IMG/VR virus record: IMGVR_UViG_2061766007_000580
DNA length: 59,798 nucleotides
Reading direction: 5' to 3' (one strand)
Origin: an uncultured virus (IMG/VR IMGVR_UViG_2061766007_000580)
Taxonomy: Duplodnaviria > Heunggongvirae > Uroviricota > Caudoviricetes
Below, in pieces: positions 1 to 8,712 of this stretch (positions are counted from its first letter, which is position 1; each line of letters starts with the position of its first letter). Under the pieces are notes generated by a model. That model saw only the letters and a program-made list of their open reading frames with translations, did no database searches and had not been told where the DNA came from. Both the position numbers and the translations under genes were made by a program.

Positions 1-174
1 TCCCTAAAAATTTCAGCGCGACATGTTTCGTTTTCGCAGGTTATATGCGCGTTTGGGCTTAATAAGCGCACAAATTAAGCGCACATGGGCGCAGGTTCGC
101 ATGTGCATGGGTGCGCACGCGGGCATATGCGGGTGTGCGCGGGAGGATTTTTTCGTTTTTCGGGGCCTGGTGGG

Positions 175-477
175 CTACAGGAACGCTTCCAGCTTCGATT
201 CGCTCGCTGACGTGCCCTTGAGCCAGCGCATTATGTGGCTGAACAGGGAAGATTGCTCCGCTACAAGCTGATGGCGCTGCCTGAAGAGCTTCCCTTCGCG
301 GTCGAGGTCGCGCACATCGTCTGATTCCATCGCCTTGAGGGTGGACTCCAGCTTGGCGATCCTGTCCTCGTTCCACTGGTACGTGCGGAACTCTGCGAGC
401 ACGAACTCGCGCTGTGCGGGGTCGAGTGACGCCGCCTGCTTCTCGATTGCGTCCTTCAGCTTAGCGTTGCGGCTCAT
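175..477 (-). CDS. Terminase small subunit-like protein (paralog A)
   Basis: 100 aa helical protein ending SKLEAFL, as in P27-type TerS; lies in the packaging operon; homologous to 6243-6542. Confidence 0.45.
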   Translation of the reverse strand: MSRNAKLKDAIEKQAASLDPAQREFVLAEFRTYQWNEDRIAKLESTLKAMESDDVRDLDREGKLFRQRHQLVAEQSSLFSHIMRWLKGTSASESKLEAFL

Positions 478-674
478 TCCAGCTCCTTCCCGCAGTCGGG
501 GCAGTAGTCGATCGGCACGCTCGTGGTGAGCGCTATGCCAAGGCGCGTGTTCTCGATGGTCACGTCCATGGTCCAGCTAGCATGCCCGTTTCGCACGAGA
601 GCCCACGTGGTTCGCTTCGACGGCCCTGGCATCTCGTATTTTTCTCGTTTTTCGCACAGCACGCATTCGGTCAT
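474..674 (-). CDS. Small Zn-binding hypothetical protein
   Basis: CxxC ... YCPDCG motifs; ATGA overlaps with both neighbours. Confidence 0.6.
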   Translation of the reverse strand: MTECVLCEKREKYEMPGPSKRTTWALVRNGHASWTMDVTIENTRLGIALTTSVPIDYCPDCGKELE

Positions 675-1024
675 TTCCTGATCACGTTCCCTTCCGAATC
701 GAAGCCGACCCTCGACGGCTCTCCATTGCGCTTGGCTTCGAACGTCCCGATTCCCAGCTGCTTGTGAACCTCCGTGTGGCATTCGTTGCACAGCGCCTTC
801 AGCCGTTCGGGGTTGAGCGAAACGTCCGGGTCGTCCATGTTCTCCACGGTCAGCGGGGTGGTGTGGTGGACCACGTTAGCCGGCTTCACGACACCGCGCT
901 CCAGACACCGCTCGCACAGCCCGTGGGCACGGTCCCACACGAACGACCTGACGTTCTCCCACGCCCTGCTATGGTAGAACCTGTGGGCGAACGGCGTGTT
1001 GCGCCACGTGGCTGTCTTGGTCAT
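671..1024 (-). CDS. HNH endonuclease (HK97 gp74-like packaging nuclease)
   Basis: FYHSRAW..R, LCERC, VHH, LKALCNECHTEVH motifs. Confidence 0.85.
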   Translation of the reverse strand: MTKTATWRNTPFAHRFYHSRAWENVRSFVWDRAHGLCERCLERGVVKPANVVHHTTPLTVENMDDPDVSLNPERLKALCNECHTEVHKQLGIGTFEAKRNGEPSRVGFDSEGNVIRK

Positions 1025-1353
1025 CACACGCTCCAATCTTTCAGGTGCTCTCTCCATGCTCGTTCGTCAAAATCGAGCATCGTCGCATCGATGTCAATGT
1101 CAACCTTGTCGACGACCGACATGCATGGCTCACCGCCGAACGAGTAGACCGTTGATACGAACGGGGAGGTCTCAATCCTGTTGACGAACATGTCGAAGCA
1201 ATGCTTGTGGCCATCGGCCTCGTACCAGCAGTGGCATATCCTGCCAGTAACGCCAGCAATCGCCTGTTCGGTGGTGTATGTGGGGGTTCCGCAGTACATG
1301 CAGTAGTGGCCCTCGATAGGCGCTCCACAGTTTTGGCAATTCGTTTCGCTCAT
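1024..1353 (-). CDS. Zn-ribbon hypothetical protein
   Basis: NCQNCGAP..CMYCGT. Confidence 0.6.
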   Translation of the reverse strand: MSETNCQNCGAPIEGHYCMYCGTPTYTTEQAIAGVTGRICHCWYEADGHKHCFDMFVNRIETSPFVSTVYSFGGEPCMSVVDKVDIDIDATMLDFDERAWREHLKDWSV

Positions 1354-1568
1354 CACAGGGCCCAATCGTCATCATCGTCTTCTTCGTCAACGATCGAGAA
1401 CAGCAGCAGCGAGACTTGCAGCATGAAGCACGCCATCGCCATCGTGAATGCCCCGCGTGGAAAATCGCCAACGACGAAAGCCTCGCCGCCAGCAACCGCG
1501 AACACGACGAACGCGATTACAACGAGCAGGTAAGCGAATTTGTCGTATTGTTCGTTCATCGATGCCAT
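1353..1568 (-). CDS. Small two-TM membrane protein
   Basis: Two hydrophobic segments and an acidic tail. Confidence 0.55.
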   Translation of the reverse strand: MASMNEQYDKFAYLLVVIAFVVFAVAGGEAFVVGDFPRGAFTMAMACFMLQVSLLLFSIVDEEDDDDDWAL

Positions 1569-1608
1569 ACCCCATCTACAGCGTGTACATGCTCGGCCCT
1601 GACCCTGC

Positions 1609-2589
1609 TCATGCCAGACTCCTTATCAGCTCGCAAATCCTCTCCGTGCTGTGACCGTCGCACGCGCCCGCGACCGTCCTGATGCAGTCCCGCTCGACCT
1701 TCGTCATGCCGAACTGCGCCGCAAGCCTGAGCGACATCACGAGCGCCTCCTCGTTGCGCTCCACGTCCAGCCACCTCGAGCTGTAGAAGTCGGGGTAGTC
1801 GTAGTACATGCCGCGGCCCGCCAGGTACTCGCGCATGTCATCGGTGAGCAGCACCACGGGCTTGCCCAGCATGTAGGCGTCGAACATGGTGGAGCTGTAG
1901 TCGGTGATGAGCACGTCGCATGTCCGCAGCAGCCCCCCGGTGGACTCCTCTGGAGGCAGCTCTACGACGCGCATGTTCTGCAAGTCGTGGCCGCGCGTCA
2001 GCTCGTGCTTCGTGAGGTAGTGGCGCTTGACGACCAGATACTCGCCGTCGTGTAACAGGCCGTCCACTTTCGCCCAGTCGATGCGCGGGAGGTGGCCCTT
2101 GTCGGCAGCGCCTCTGAACGTCGGGCAGTAGAGGTACATGCGCTCTATCGGCTCTCCGAACGCCGTCACGAACTGTTCTCCGTCCTCGAAGTAGGCATCT
2201 GTCCTCGCCATGCCCAGAGGCAGCACACGCTCCTCGGGCACTCCGAGCTGGCGCGACACTATCGGCACGCCAGCCTCGGACGTGGCTACGGCGTAGTCGA
2301 TCTGCGCGAGCGCCCTCTTGTCGACCCACGGGTGGTCGCCTTCGTCGAGCGCGTAGAGCTTGCCGCCAGTGAGGCCGTGGCCGAGGTTCACCGACTTGCA
2401 CCGTTTCTTGCCCTCGATGTAGACAGGAAGCGAATCGCACACGACCACGGAGAAACCGTCCCCCTCTGCTGTGCGCATGCCGTCAATCCCGCACCTGAAA
2501 GCCTTGCCGCCGTCGTACATCTCCCATATCCTCGTGGTGCTCTTGCACCTTCCCAGCGGGAGCGGCGATACGAAAAGGACCTCGCTCAT
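1609..2589 (-). CDS. CDP-glycerol glycerophosphotransferase-like protein (TagB/TagF family)
   Basis: HG, GMARTD, LYCPTFRG, KRH, DVLITDYSSTMFD, GKPV motifs; ATG at 2589 overlaps the upstream TGA. Confidence 0.85.
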   Translation of the reverse strand: MSEVLFVSPLPLGRCKSTTRIWEMYDGGKAFRCGIDGMRTAEGDGFSVVVCDSLPVYIEGKKRCKSVNLGHGLTGGKLYALDEGDHPWVDKRALAQIDYAVATSEAGVPIVSRQLGVPEERVLPLGMARTDAYFEDGEQFVTAFGEPIERMYLYCPTFRGAADKGHLPRIDWAKVDGLLHDGEYLVVKRHYLTKHELTRGHDLQNMRVVELPPEESTGGLLRTCDVLITDYSSTMFDAYMLGKPVVLLTDDMREYLAGRGMYYDYPDFYSSRWLDVERNEEALVMSLRLAAQFGMTKVERDCIRTVAGACDGHSTERICELIRSLA

Positions 2590-3209
2590 CTCGCCTCCAA
2601 TACCCTGTCGTGGATGTGGCCGCATCCCACGAGTGGGTCCACCCACACTTTCACGCCATATGCCGCACATTGCTGGCAGAACCAGTAGTCTTCGGAAAGG
2701 CCCTCGCCGTTCGCGTGCTCGACGAACTTGAACCACGGTCGGGCGAACCGCCTGAACACGTCAACCCTCAGCAACGCGCATGCCATGCCGTTGCCCTTGA
2801 CGAGAATCAACCCATCGTCGATGCTGCGAAGGAACGCCCTGTTGTAGCTGTCGTGGAACCCCTGGCTCGACGGCTTTATGACGCTCGTCGTGCCATTGTC
2901 GCTCGAGCCGCGCACAGCCCATCCGGTGCAAACTTCTACGTCGTGGGACAGCAGCCTAGCAAGCGCATCACGTGGCACGACCATGTCGGAATCCACCATC
3001 CACAGGTAGTCGACTCCCTCGTCAATCGCCGCCTGCGCCATGGCGTTCCTCGCGGTGGCAACAGCGTATCCGCTGACATGGTGGTGGACGACGCCGTCGA
3101 GCATCCCCTCAGATTCGGCGAAGTCTATGGCGTTGCCGATGCTCTCGGCTGTAGCCGCCTTCATGGAGCGGTCGAACGTCGGCACGCTCACCATCACTCT
3201 AGCGGGCAT
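2586..3209 (-). CDS. Glycosyltransferase, GT-A fold (GT2-like)
   Basis: ARN, DYLWMVDSD (DxD), GMACALL, SEDYWFC, CGH motifs. Confidence 0.8.
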   Translation of the reverse strand: MPARVMVSVPTFDRSMKAATAESIGNAIDFAESEGMLDGVVHHHVSGYAVATARNAMAQAAIDEGVDYLWMVDSDMVVPRDALARLLSHDVEVCTGWAVRGSSDNGTTSVIKPSSQGFHDSYNRAFLRSIDDGLILVKGNGMACALLRVDVFRRFARPWFKFVEHANGEGLSEDYWFCQQCAAYGVKVWVDPLVGCGHIHDRVLEAR

Positions 3210-3924
3210 TCTTCATCACCCGCTCTTCGTGGAGCTCAAGCACGCGGTCCCACGGCATCTCTCGGTACTTGACCGTGTACTTGTGGTTTTGCCAATACTT
3301 CGGCGGGTCACCTGCGAAGTGCCTAATCCTCACGACGTCTGTTGCGCCAGTGAACCTGTTGTAGTTGTACATGGGCGGCATACAGTGTATGTGACCCTGG
3401 CACAGGAAGCTGTACACGTCCTGCATGTCGTTGAGGTACGCATGCCAGTTTAACGCGTCCACGACCTCCTGGCATTTGCCGTCGCGCAGCTTGTCAAGGT
3501 TGTGGAGCATCACGCCGACGTTGCAGTAGACCATCCACTTGAACGTGATGACAGACTCCTGGCTCGCCGAGAAGTAGCAATCGTCAATGGGCATGTTCCA
3601 TACGTCAGATACGTCGCGTATGCATATCGCGTCGCAGTCGAGAGTCAGGATGCGGTCGAGGTCCTTGAATTCGTCCATGAGGGCGAGCGGCGCACGCATG
3701 AGCGCCATGTGCGATGCCCAGCCCTTGTAGTTCGGTGAATCTGGTGGGAAGAACTTCTGGTCCGACACGTCGACGACTTCGCAGAAGTCTGGCATCCAGT
3801 AATCGAAATCGCCTTCGGTGAACAGCCATACCTTGTCCACGTCGCTGTTGGCGATGAGCGATTTTGCCGCAGTCTGCATGTCGCCGTAGAGGTTCTTCGT
3901 GGCGGAGTAAAGAGCGTGTTTCAT
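3199..3924 (-). CDS. Glycosyltransferase family 8
   Basis: RILTLDCD, YCNVGVMLHNL, DMQD, YN, IRHFAG motifs typical of GT8. Confidence 0.85.
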   Translation of the reverse strand: MKHALYSATKNLYGDMQTAAKSLIANSDVDKVWLFTEGDFDYWMPDFCEVVDVSDQKFFPPDSPNYKGWASHMALMRAPLALMDEFKDLDRILTLDCDAICIRDVSDVWNMPIDDCYFSASQESVITFKWMVYCNVGVMLHNLDKLRDGKCQEVVDALNWHAYLNDMQDVYSFLCQGHIHCMPPMYNYNRFTGATDVVRIRHFAGDPPKYWQNHKYTVKYREMPWDRVLELHEERVMKNAR

Positions 3925-4163
3925 GAGTTCACCTTCCTGTGCAATTCGTCGACCAGGGCGAGCGCCTTGCGCACGACGCGCAGGTCGAACTTCTTACCTC
4001 CGCATTTGACGACCACGGTCCCGTACATCGGGTAGTCCAGGTCGATGAGCGTGTACTCGGGGGAGTGCGGCCAATTGTCGGCCTTGACCGTGTACGAACG
4101 GTACTCGCCGGCCGTCAGTCGCTGGGATGGGTGCAGCTCGAGCTGCGGGATTGTCGTGCTCAT
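3921..4163 (-). CDS. Hypothetical protein
   Basis: ATGA-coupled to TerL and to the GT8 gene. Confidence 0.55.
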   Translation of the reverse strand: MSTTIPQLELHPSQRLTAGEYRSYTVKADNWPHSPEYTLIDLDYPMYGTVVVKCGGKKFDLRVVRKALALVDELHRKVNS

Positions 4164-5866
4164 AGGATTGCCTCGTATTCGTCCTTGTGTCGAAGGTATG
4201 CGACGTACGCGCACAGCTCGGCCATGAAGCCGTCGATTCTGTTCACTGCCTTGCCAGCAACTTTGTGGAACTTGAGGTTGGCGTTGTTGTCGGTGGAGAC
4301 CTGGATGTTCATTCGGTTCCATTCGTTGATCGGGTTGTGTCCGTCCACGACGAAGTTCCCAGCGAACTGGGCACGGAGCTCCTTGCCAGGCATGGATAGT
4401 GTCTGCGGCCCCTGGCGAACCTTCTCGCAAAGCTCCTTGCCCGTGTACTGCACGAGCTGCTCCTCGTCGGTTCCGAGGATGTGCCACGGGTCGTAACCAA
4501 CTGCGAACGTGTACACGTCGTAGTTCTGCTTGATCTCCTCAAGCCATTCTACGAACACGCGTTTCGGAACCGTATTCCCAGGAACGGTGCGCAGCAGCCC
4601 ACGCTCCTCCCACTGGCGGTACGGTACGTCGTCCCGCTCGCGTCGGTATCCGCTGTTCCTGTTGAGCGCGTCCTCTGGGAGCCAGTACATCGACAGCTCG
4701 TAGATCTTCGGGTCTCCTCTGCGCATCATGAGGAACTTGCCGGCGCTCAGGTCGGTGGTGTCGCTCGCGTCGAAGCCGCCGATTCCGTAGCGGAACCCGA
4801 TATCCGAATACTTGCCCGATTCGGGAAGCTCCGGCAGTGGCTCCTCGTTGACCGCCTCCTCGAAGGACAGCCACGCGGCAGCACGCGATTCGGGCATGTT
4901 GAAGTCCTTCGTCATGAGGGTGGGCATGAACGACGGGTCCTGCATGCCCTTGTTGACGGCGTCCTTCATGTAGTCCCACGATTTGATGGTTCCGAGTCCT
5001 GGATTCGCCTTGATCCAGCAACTCTCGTCGGTCCACTCGCCCCGATCGTCAAGCTCGTAAATCACGGGCAGCATGCGGTCATCGTCTATCTTGCCGTCGA
5101 GGATTCCGCATGCATAGTCGTACTGGTCGTCGAACAGGTTCTCGCGCTCGAATCCGTTGGTCGTGATGGCGAGAATCATCGGCTGCTTTCGCGCCGACAT
5201 GGCCTGCTTGATGAGGTCGTACTGGTCTCGGTTCGTGCATGCGGCCATCTCGTCGAACAGGCAGAAGTGGACGTTCAGGCCGTCGAGGTGACGCGTCTGG
5301 TTGGTGAGCACCGTGATGTAGCCGTCGTTGCGGTCGAACATGATGCCGTCCTGGTCGCGGTCTGGCACGGTGCCCTTTCGTAGAGCGTTGCTGAGGTCCT
5401 TCGAGCGCTTGACCATCTTGAGGGCCACGCCGTACGCGAGCGACGCCTGGCTCTTGCTGGTCGCAACGTGGTAGTTCTGAGGTGCGCCCTCGCCATCGGC
5501 GACGAGCATGTACAGGCAAATCGCAGCGCCGGTGGTGGACTTCGAGTTCTTCCTCCCGAGCACCCAGAGCGTTTCCTGGAACTGCCTGCACCCATCGTCG
5601 TCGACGAACCCGAACATCATCTCGATGACTGCCTTCTGGAACGGTTCGAGAATCATCGGCTTGCCACTCTCCGGCAGCACGCAGAACGTCTCTATGAACT
5701 TGACCGGCCTCTCGGCCCTGTCGATGTCGAAGTGCCAGCGCTTGTAGCCGCTCGCGAAGCGGGGGAGCATCATTTCGGCGAGCTGCTTGATGCGCTTGCA
5801 CGCGACGATCCTCCCGTCGAGCACGTCCATCAGGTACTGCTCTGCCGCAGACACTACCCTAGACAT
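4160..5866 (-). CDS. terL: Terminase large subunit
   Basis: LEPFQK, Walker A-like GRKNSKST, Walker B CLFDE, ITT coupling motif, nuclease GFDAS...RIDG. Confidence 0.95.
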   Translation of the reverse strand: MSRVVSAAEQYLMDVLDGRIVACKRIKQLAEMMLPRFASGYKRWHFDIDRAERPVKFIETFCVLPESGKPMILEPFQKAVIEMMFGFVDDDGCRQFQETLWVLGRKNSKSTTGAAICLYMLVADGEGAPQNYHVATSKSQASLAYGVALKMVKRSKDLSNALRKGTVPDRDQDGIMFDRNDGYITVLTNQTRHLDGLNVHFCLFDEMAACTNRDQYDLIKQAMSARKQPMILAITTNGFERENLFDDQYDYACGILDGKIDDDRMLPVIYELDDRGEWTDESCWIKANPGLGTIKSWDYMKDAVNKGMQDPSFMPTLMTKDFNMPESRAAAWLSFEEAVNEEPLPELPESGKYSDIGFRYGIGGFDASDTTDLSAGKFLMMRRGDPKIYELSMYWLPEDALNRNSGYRRERDDVPYRQWEERGLLRTVPGNTVPKRVFVEWLEEIKQNYDVYTFAVGYDPWHILGTDEEQLVQYTGKELCEKVRQGPQTLSMPGKELRAQFAGNFVVDGHNPINEWNRMNIQVSTDNNANLKFHKVAGKAVNRIDGFMAELCAYVAYLRHKDEYEAIL

Positions 5867-6098
5867 CGTCAACTACGCCGTCCCTCGTCACCTTTGCGTA
5901 ATCGGAGTCCCTGTAAACGCTGTACCTGTCAGAGGCGTACTGCGTCAGGTCGCCGAACCCGATGCAACTGTCAGTGCCAGCTTTTACGAGGTACGGGCTC
6001 ATGCAGCATCCGCATCCCTCGATCGCGATTCCGTGCTTCTCGGTCAGCGCATCGAGGTCGGCGATGAATGCCGCAACCTTCTCTACATCAGCACTCAT
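5859..6098 (-). CDS. Hypothetical protein
   Basis: ORF overlapping the terL start; IEGCGCC motif. Confidence 0.55.
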   Translation of the reverse strand: MSADVEKVAAFIADLDALTEKHGIAIEGCGCCMSPYLVKAGTDSCIGFGDLTQYASDRYSVYRDSDYAKVTRDGVVDDV

Positions 6099-6246
6099 CG
6101 ACGCGCCTCTCCCAGTGCTTGCACTCGATCGCGAACGGGAAGTACAGCTGGAAGTCGTTCAGCTCGCACTCCACCATGCGGTTGCCCTGGGCGTCCTGCG
6201 TCTCGGCTGTCTTGTGTGCGCACGTGTCGCAGCTCTTGTCCTTCAT
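6088..6246 (-). CDS. Small Cys-rich hypothetical protein (MKDKSCDTCAH...)
   Basis: Read manually; fills the gap between neighbours, overlapping both. Confidence 0.5.
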   Translation of the reverse strand: MKDKSCDTCAHKTAETQDAQGNRMVECELNDFQLYFPFAIECKHWERRVDEC

Positions 6247-6542
6247 TTCCCCTCCTCGTCCCCGAGAATGTCGAACAGGTCTGCCGATATGCGGCTGTTC
6301 GCCGTGGACAGCTGGTTGTGCTCGTATGCGAGCGCAGACCTCTCGGCTTGCTTGAGCCTTATCTCGTCACGCGTTGCGGCTGGCATGGCGTTGAGCGCCG
6401 ACAGCCTGTCTGCTATCTCGGAAAGCCTCGACTTGTTCCGGCGATACTCGGCAAGCTGGGCGAGCACGATGGCCTTCTGGGCATCGTTCATGCTCGCGGC
6501 ACGTTGCTCGACTGCCTGCTCCAACTTGGTCTTCCTACCCAA
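6243..6542 (-). CDS. Terminase small subunit-like protein (paralog B)
   Basis: TTG start after AGGAG; first gene of the terL operon; aligns with 175-477. Confidence 0.5.
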   Translation of the reverse strand: MGRKTKLEQAVEQRAASMNDAQKAIVLAQLAEYRRNKSRLSEIADRLSALNAMPAATRDEIRLKQAERSALAYEHNQLSTANSRISADLFDILGDEEGK

Positions 6543-6602
6543 AGCCACTCCTAAGCGGTGCGAATCGGTGCCAAACGGGTGCATCGCCGCGCAAGCGGAA
6601 AA

Positions 6603-6654
6603 TGTCCCATTAATGGTACTACGATGTTTAAGCAAGTGTACCATGCATGGGACA
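6603..6654. promoter_or_regulatory. Palindromic divergent (late) promoter region
   Basis: TGTCCCAT-N2-ATGGTAC ... GTACCAT-N2-ATGGGACA; each arm contains a TACCAT -10-like hexamer facing outward. Confidence 0.6.
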
Positions 6655-6665
6655 GCTAGGCGGAT

Positions 6666-7994
6666 ATGGGAAAAATCCTCGACAAGATTCTCGGAAAAAA
6701 CAGGGGAAATGTGACCTCTGCGATGGAGACCGTTGGCAACAAGCCCTACACCGTTGGGTGGAGCGGGTCGATGTACCAGCAGGTTCTCGTGCGTAGCGTC
6801 ATAGAGCGCTTCGCCGTGGCCTGCTCCAAGCTCAAGCCCGAAATCCACGGGACGGCGCGTCCACGCGTCCGCAGGGCCATCGAAACGTCGCCGAACGAGT
6901 TCCAGACATGGCCGCAGTTCCTTTACCGGTGCGCCACGCTCTACATGAACAACACGACGGTGTGCGTCGTGCCCGAGTACAGGCGCGGCAGCGATGTGCA
7001 AATCGGGTTCTACCCAGTGCCGCTTTCGTTCGCTGAGGTGGTGGACCATGCAGGCGAGTTCTGGCTCCGCTGGCAGATGCCGGACGGCGAGCGCCGAGCG
7101 GTGGAGCTCAAGCGAGTTGCGATCGTCACCAGGTTCCAGTACCTGAGCGACTGGTTCGGCGACGGCAACATCCTCGCCAACACGCTCTCGATGCTCAAGG
7201 CGCAGGAGGATGCGCAGAAGCAGTCCATCAACGACTCGGCTCAACTTCGATTCATCGGCCAGCTCAATGGCCAGGTGCGCGAAGAGGACATGAAAAAGAA
7301 GCGCGACCGCTTCGCTCAAGACAATCTCAGCGGGGACAACGATACGCCGCTGATGGTGTACGACAACACGTTCTCCTCGATCGAGCAGCTGAAGGCGCAG
7401 AACTGGACCATCCCGGCAGACGAGATGGAGCGCATCGAGAACAACGTGTTCGACTACTTCGGAACGAACCGTCGCATCCTCCAGAACGCCTACGACGAGA
7501 ACGCGTGGGATGCGTTCTACGAGGGGTGCGTCGAGCCGTTCGCCCTGGCGCTGGGAGAGGCGTTGACCAAGGCCACGTTCACCATGCGCGAACGTCCAGC
7601 CAACCGCATCATGTTCAGCTCGAACAGGCTCGAGTACGCGTCGGCTGCGTCCAAGCGAAACATGAACAAGGACATGACCGACCGCGCACTGATGATGGTC
7701 AACGAGGGCCGCGAGATCCTGGGGCTCCCGCCCGTGGACGGCGGCGACGTGTTCATCCTGCGCGGCGAATACAAGGTGGGCCACTCGCTCGAGGAGATAT
7801 TCCAGGCCCAGAAGGCCAAGGCCGACGCGGACGCGAGGGGCGGTGGCCGCACAGCGACGTCCGAGAGCGACATGGACGGCGCCGACTCCGATTCAATCCG
7901 CCCGGACTCCGAGGGCTACGGAAGCCCCGGCGATACAGACACGGGCGACGTCACATCAGTAAACCAGGACCGCTGGTCCGAGAACGCTTCGTAG
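6666..7994 (+). CDS. Portal protein (HK97-like)
   Basis: PN..QT..QF, MMVNEGREILGLPPVDGGD motifs; precedes protease and capsid. Confidence 0.92.
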   Translation: MGKILDKILGKNRGNVTSAMETVGNKPYTVGWSGSMYQQVLVRSVIERFAVACSKLKPEIHGTARPRVRRAIETSPNEFQTWPQFLYRCATLYMNNTTVCVVPEYRRGSDVQIGFYPVPLSFAEVVDHAGEFWLRWQMPDGERRAVELKRVAIVTRFQYLSDWFGDGNILANTLSMLKAQEDAQKQSINDSAQLRFIGQLNGQVREEDMKKKRDRFAQDNLSGDNDTPLMVYDNTFSSIEQLKAQNWTIPADEMERIENNVFDYFGTNRRILQNAYDENAWDAFYEGCVEPFALALGEALTKATFTMRERPANRIMFSSNRLEYASAASKRNMNKDMTDRALMMVNEGREILGLPPVDGGDVFILRGEYKVGHSLEEIFQAQKAKADADARGGGRTATSESDMDGADSDSIRPDSEGYGSPGDTDTGDVTSVNQDRWSENAS

Positions 7995-8006
7995 GAAGGA
8001 GCGGTC

Positions 8007-8696
8007 ATGCCAGTGAAAACAGACGAGCGCCAGTACCGCACGATGAGCACGCCGCTCTTCGTGCCCGACTTCGGCGACGATGACGACCGCGACATGGACG
8101 AGGTCGTCGACCAGATCAAGAACAGGTTCGGCAGCGACTACTACGTGGAAGGTTACGCCACAACGTTCGAGGACCCGTACCTGCTGTTCGAGGACCCGTA
8201 CGACGGCTGGAAGTACGTCGAGATCATCGACCGCCACGCGCTTGACGACGCCGACCTGTCCGACGTCATCTTCCAGTACGACCACGAGGGCCGCGTGTAC
8301 GCACGAAACACGAACAACACGCTCTACTTCGAGCCGAACGACCACGGAATGTTCATCGCGGCGGACCTCGGAAAGACGAGCCTCGCACGTCAGATGTACG
8401 AGGACATCCAGGCCGGCAACGTGCGCAGCATGAGCTGGGCTTTCGTGCCGTCCGAGGAGGTCCACACCGAGGACCGCGAGAACAGGGTCCACACGTGCCG
8501 CATCACGCGGGTGAAGAAGGTCTATGACGTTTCAGCCGTGTCGTACCCGGCAGACCCGAACACAGAGATAAGCGCCAGGAACCTCGTTAACGGAGAGATC
8601 GAGGCCAGGAAGCTGCGGGAGTCGCAGCAGCGCGAAAAACTTGACCGCATGCGCAGGGAGCTTGCGCTGAAGGCCAAGAGGCTTGCAATCCGTTAA
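8007..8696 (+). CDS. Prohead protease (HK97 family)
   Basis: VEGYATTF, QYDH, SMSWAF, YDVSAVSYPA. Confidence 0.92.
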   Translation: MPVKTDERQYRTMSTPLFVPDFGDDDDRDMDEVVDQIKNRFGSDYYVEGYATTFEDPYLLFEDPYDGWKYVEIIDRHALDDADLSDVIFQYDHEGRVYARNTNNTLYFEPNDHGMFIAADLGKTSLARQMYEDIQAGNVRSMSWAFVPSEEVHTEDRENRVHTCRITRVKKVYDVSAVSYPADPNTEISARNLVNGEIEARKLRESQQREKLDRMRRELALKAKRLAIR

Positions 8697-8712
8697 AGAG
8701 GAAGGGGAAGCA

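Noticed and set aside
1609..3924. Glycosyltransferases as DNA hypermodification enzymes
   Set aside because: No hydroxymethylase, TET/JBP or nucleotide-kinase genes seen, and the genes sit in the late packaging operon; not excluded but less supported.
5535..5560. TerL Walker A variant GRKNSKST suggesting inactivation
   Set aside because: The catalytic Lys-Ser/Thr is retained and the rest of the gene is intact; likely natural variation.
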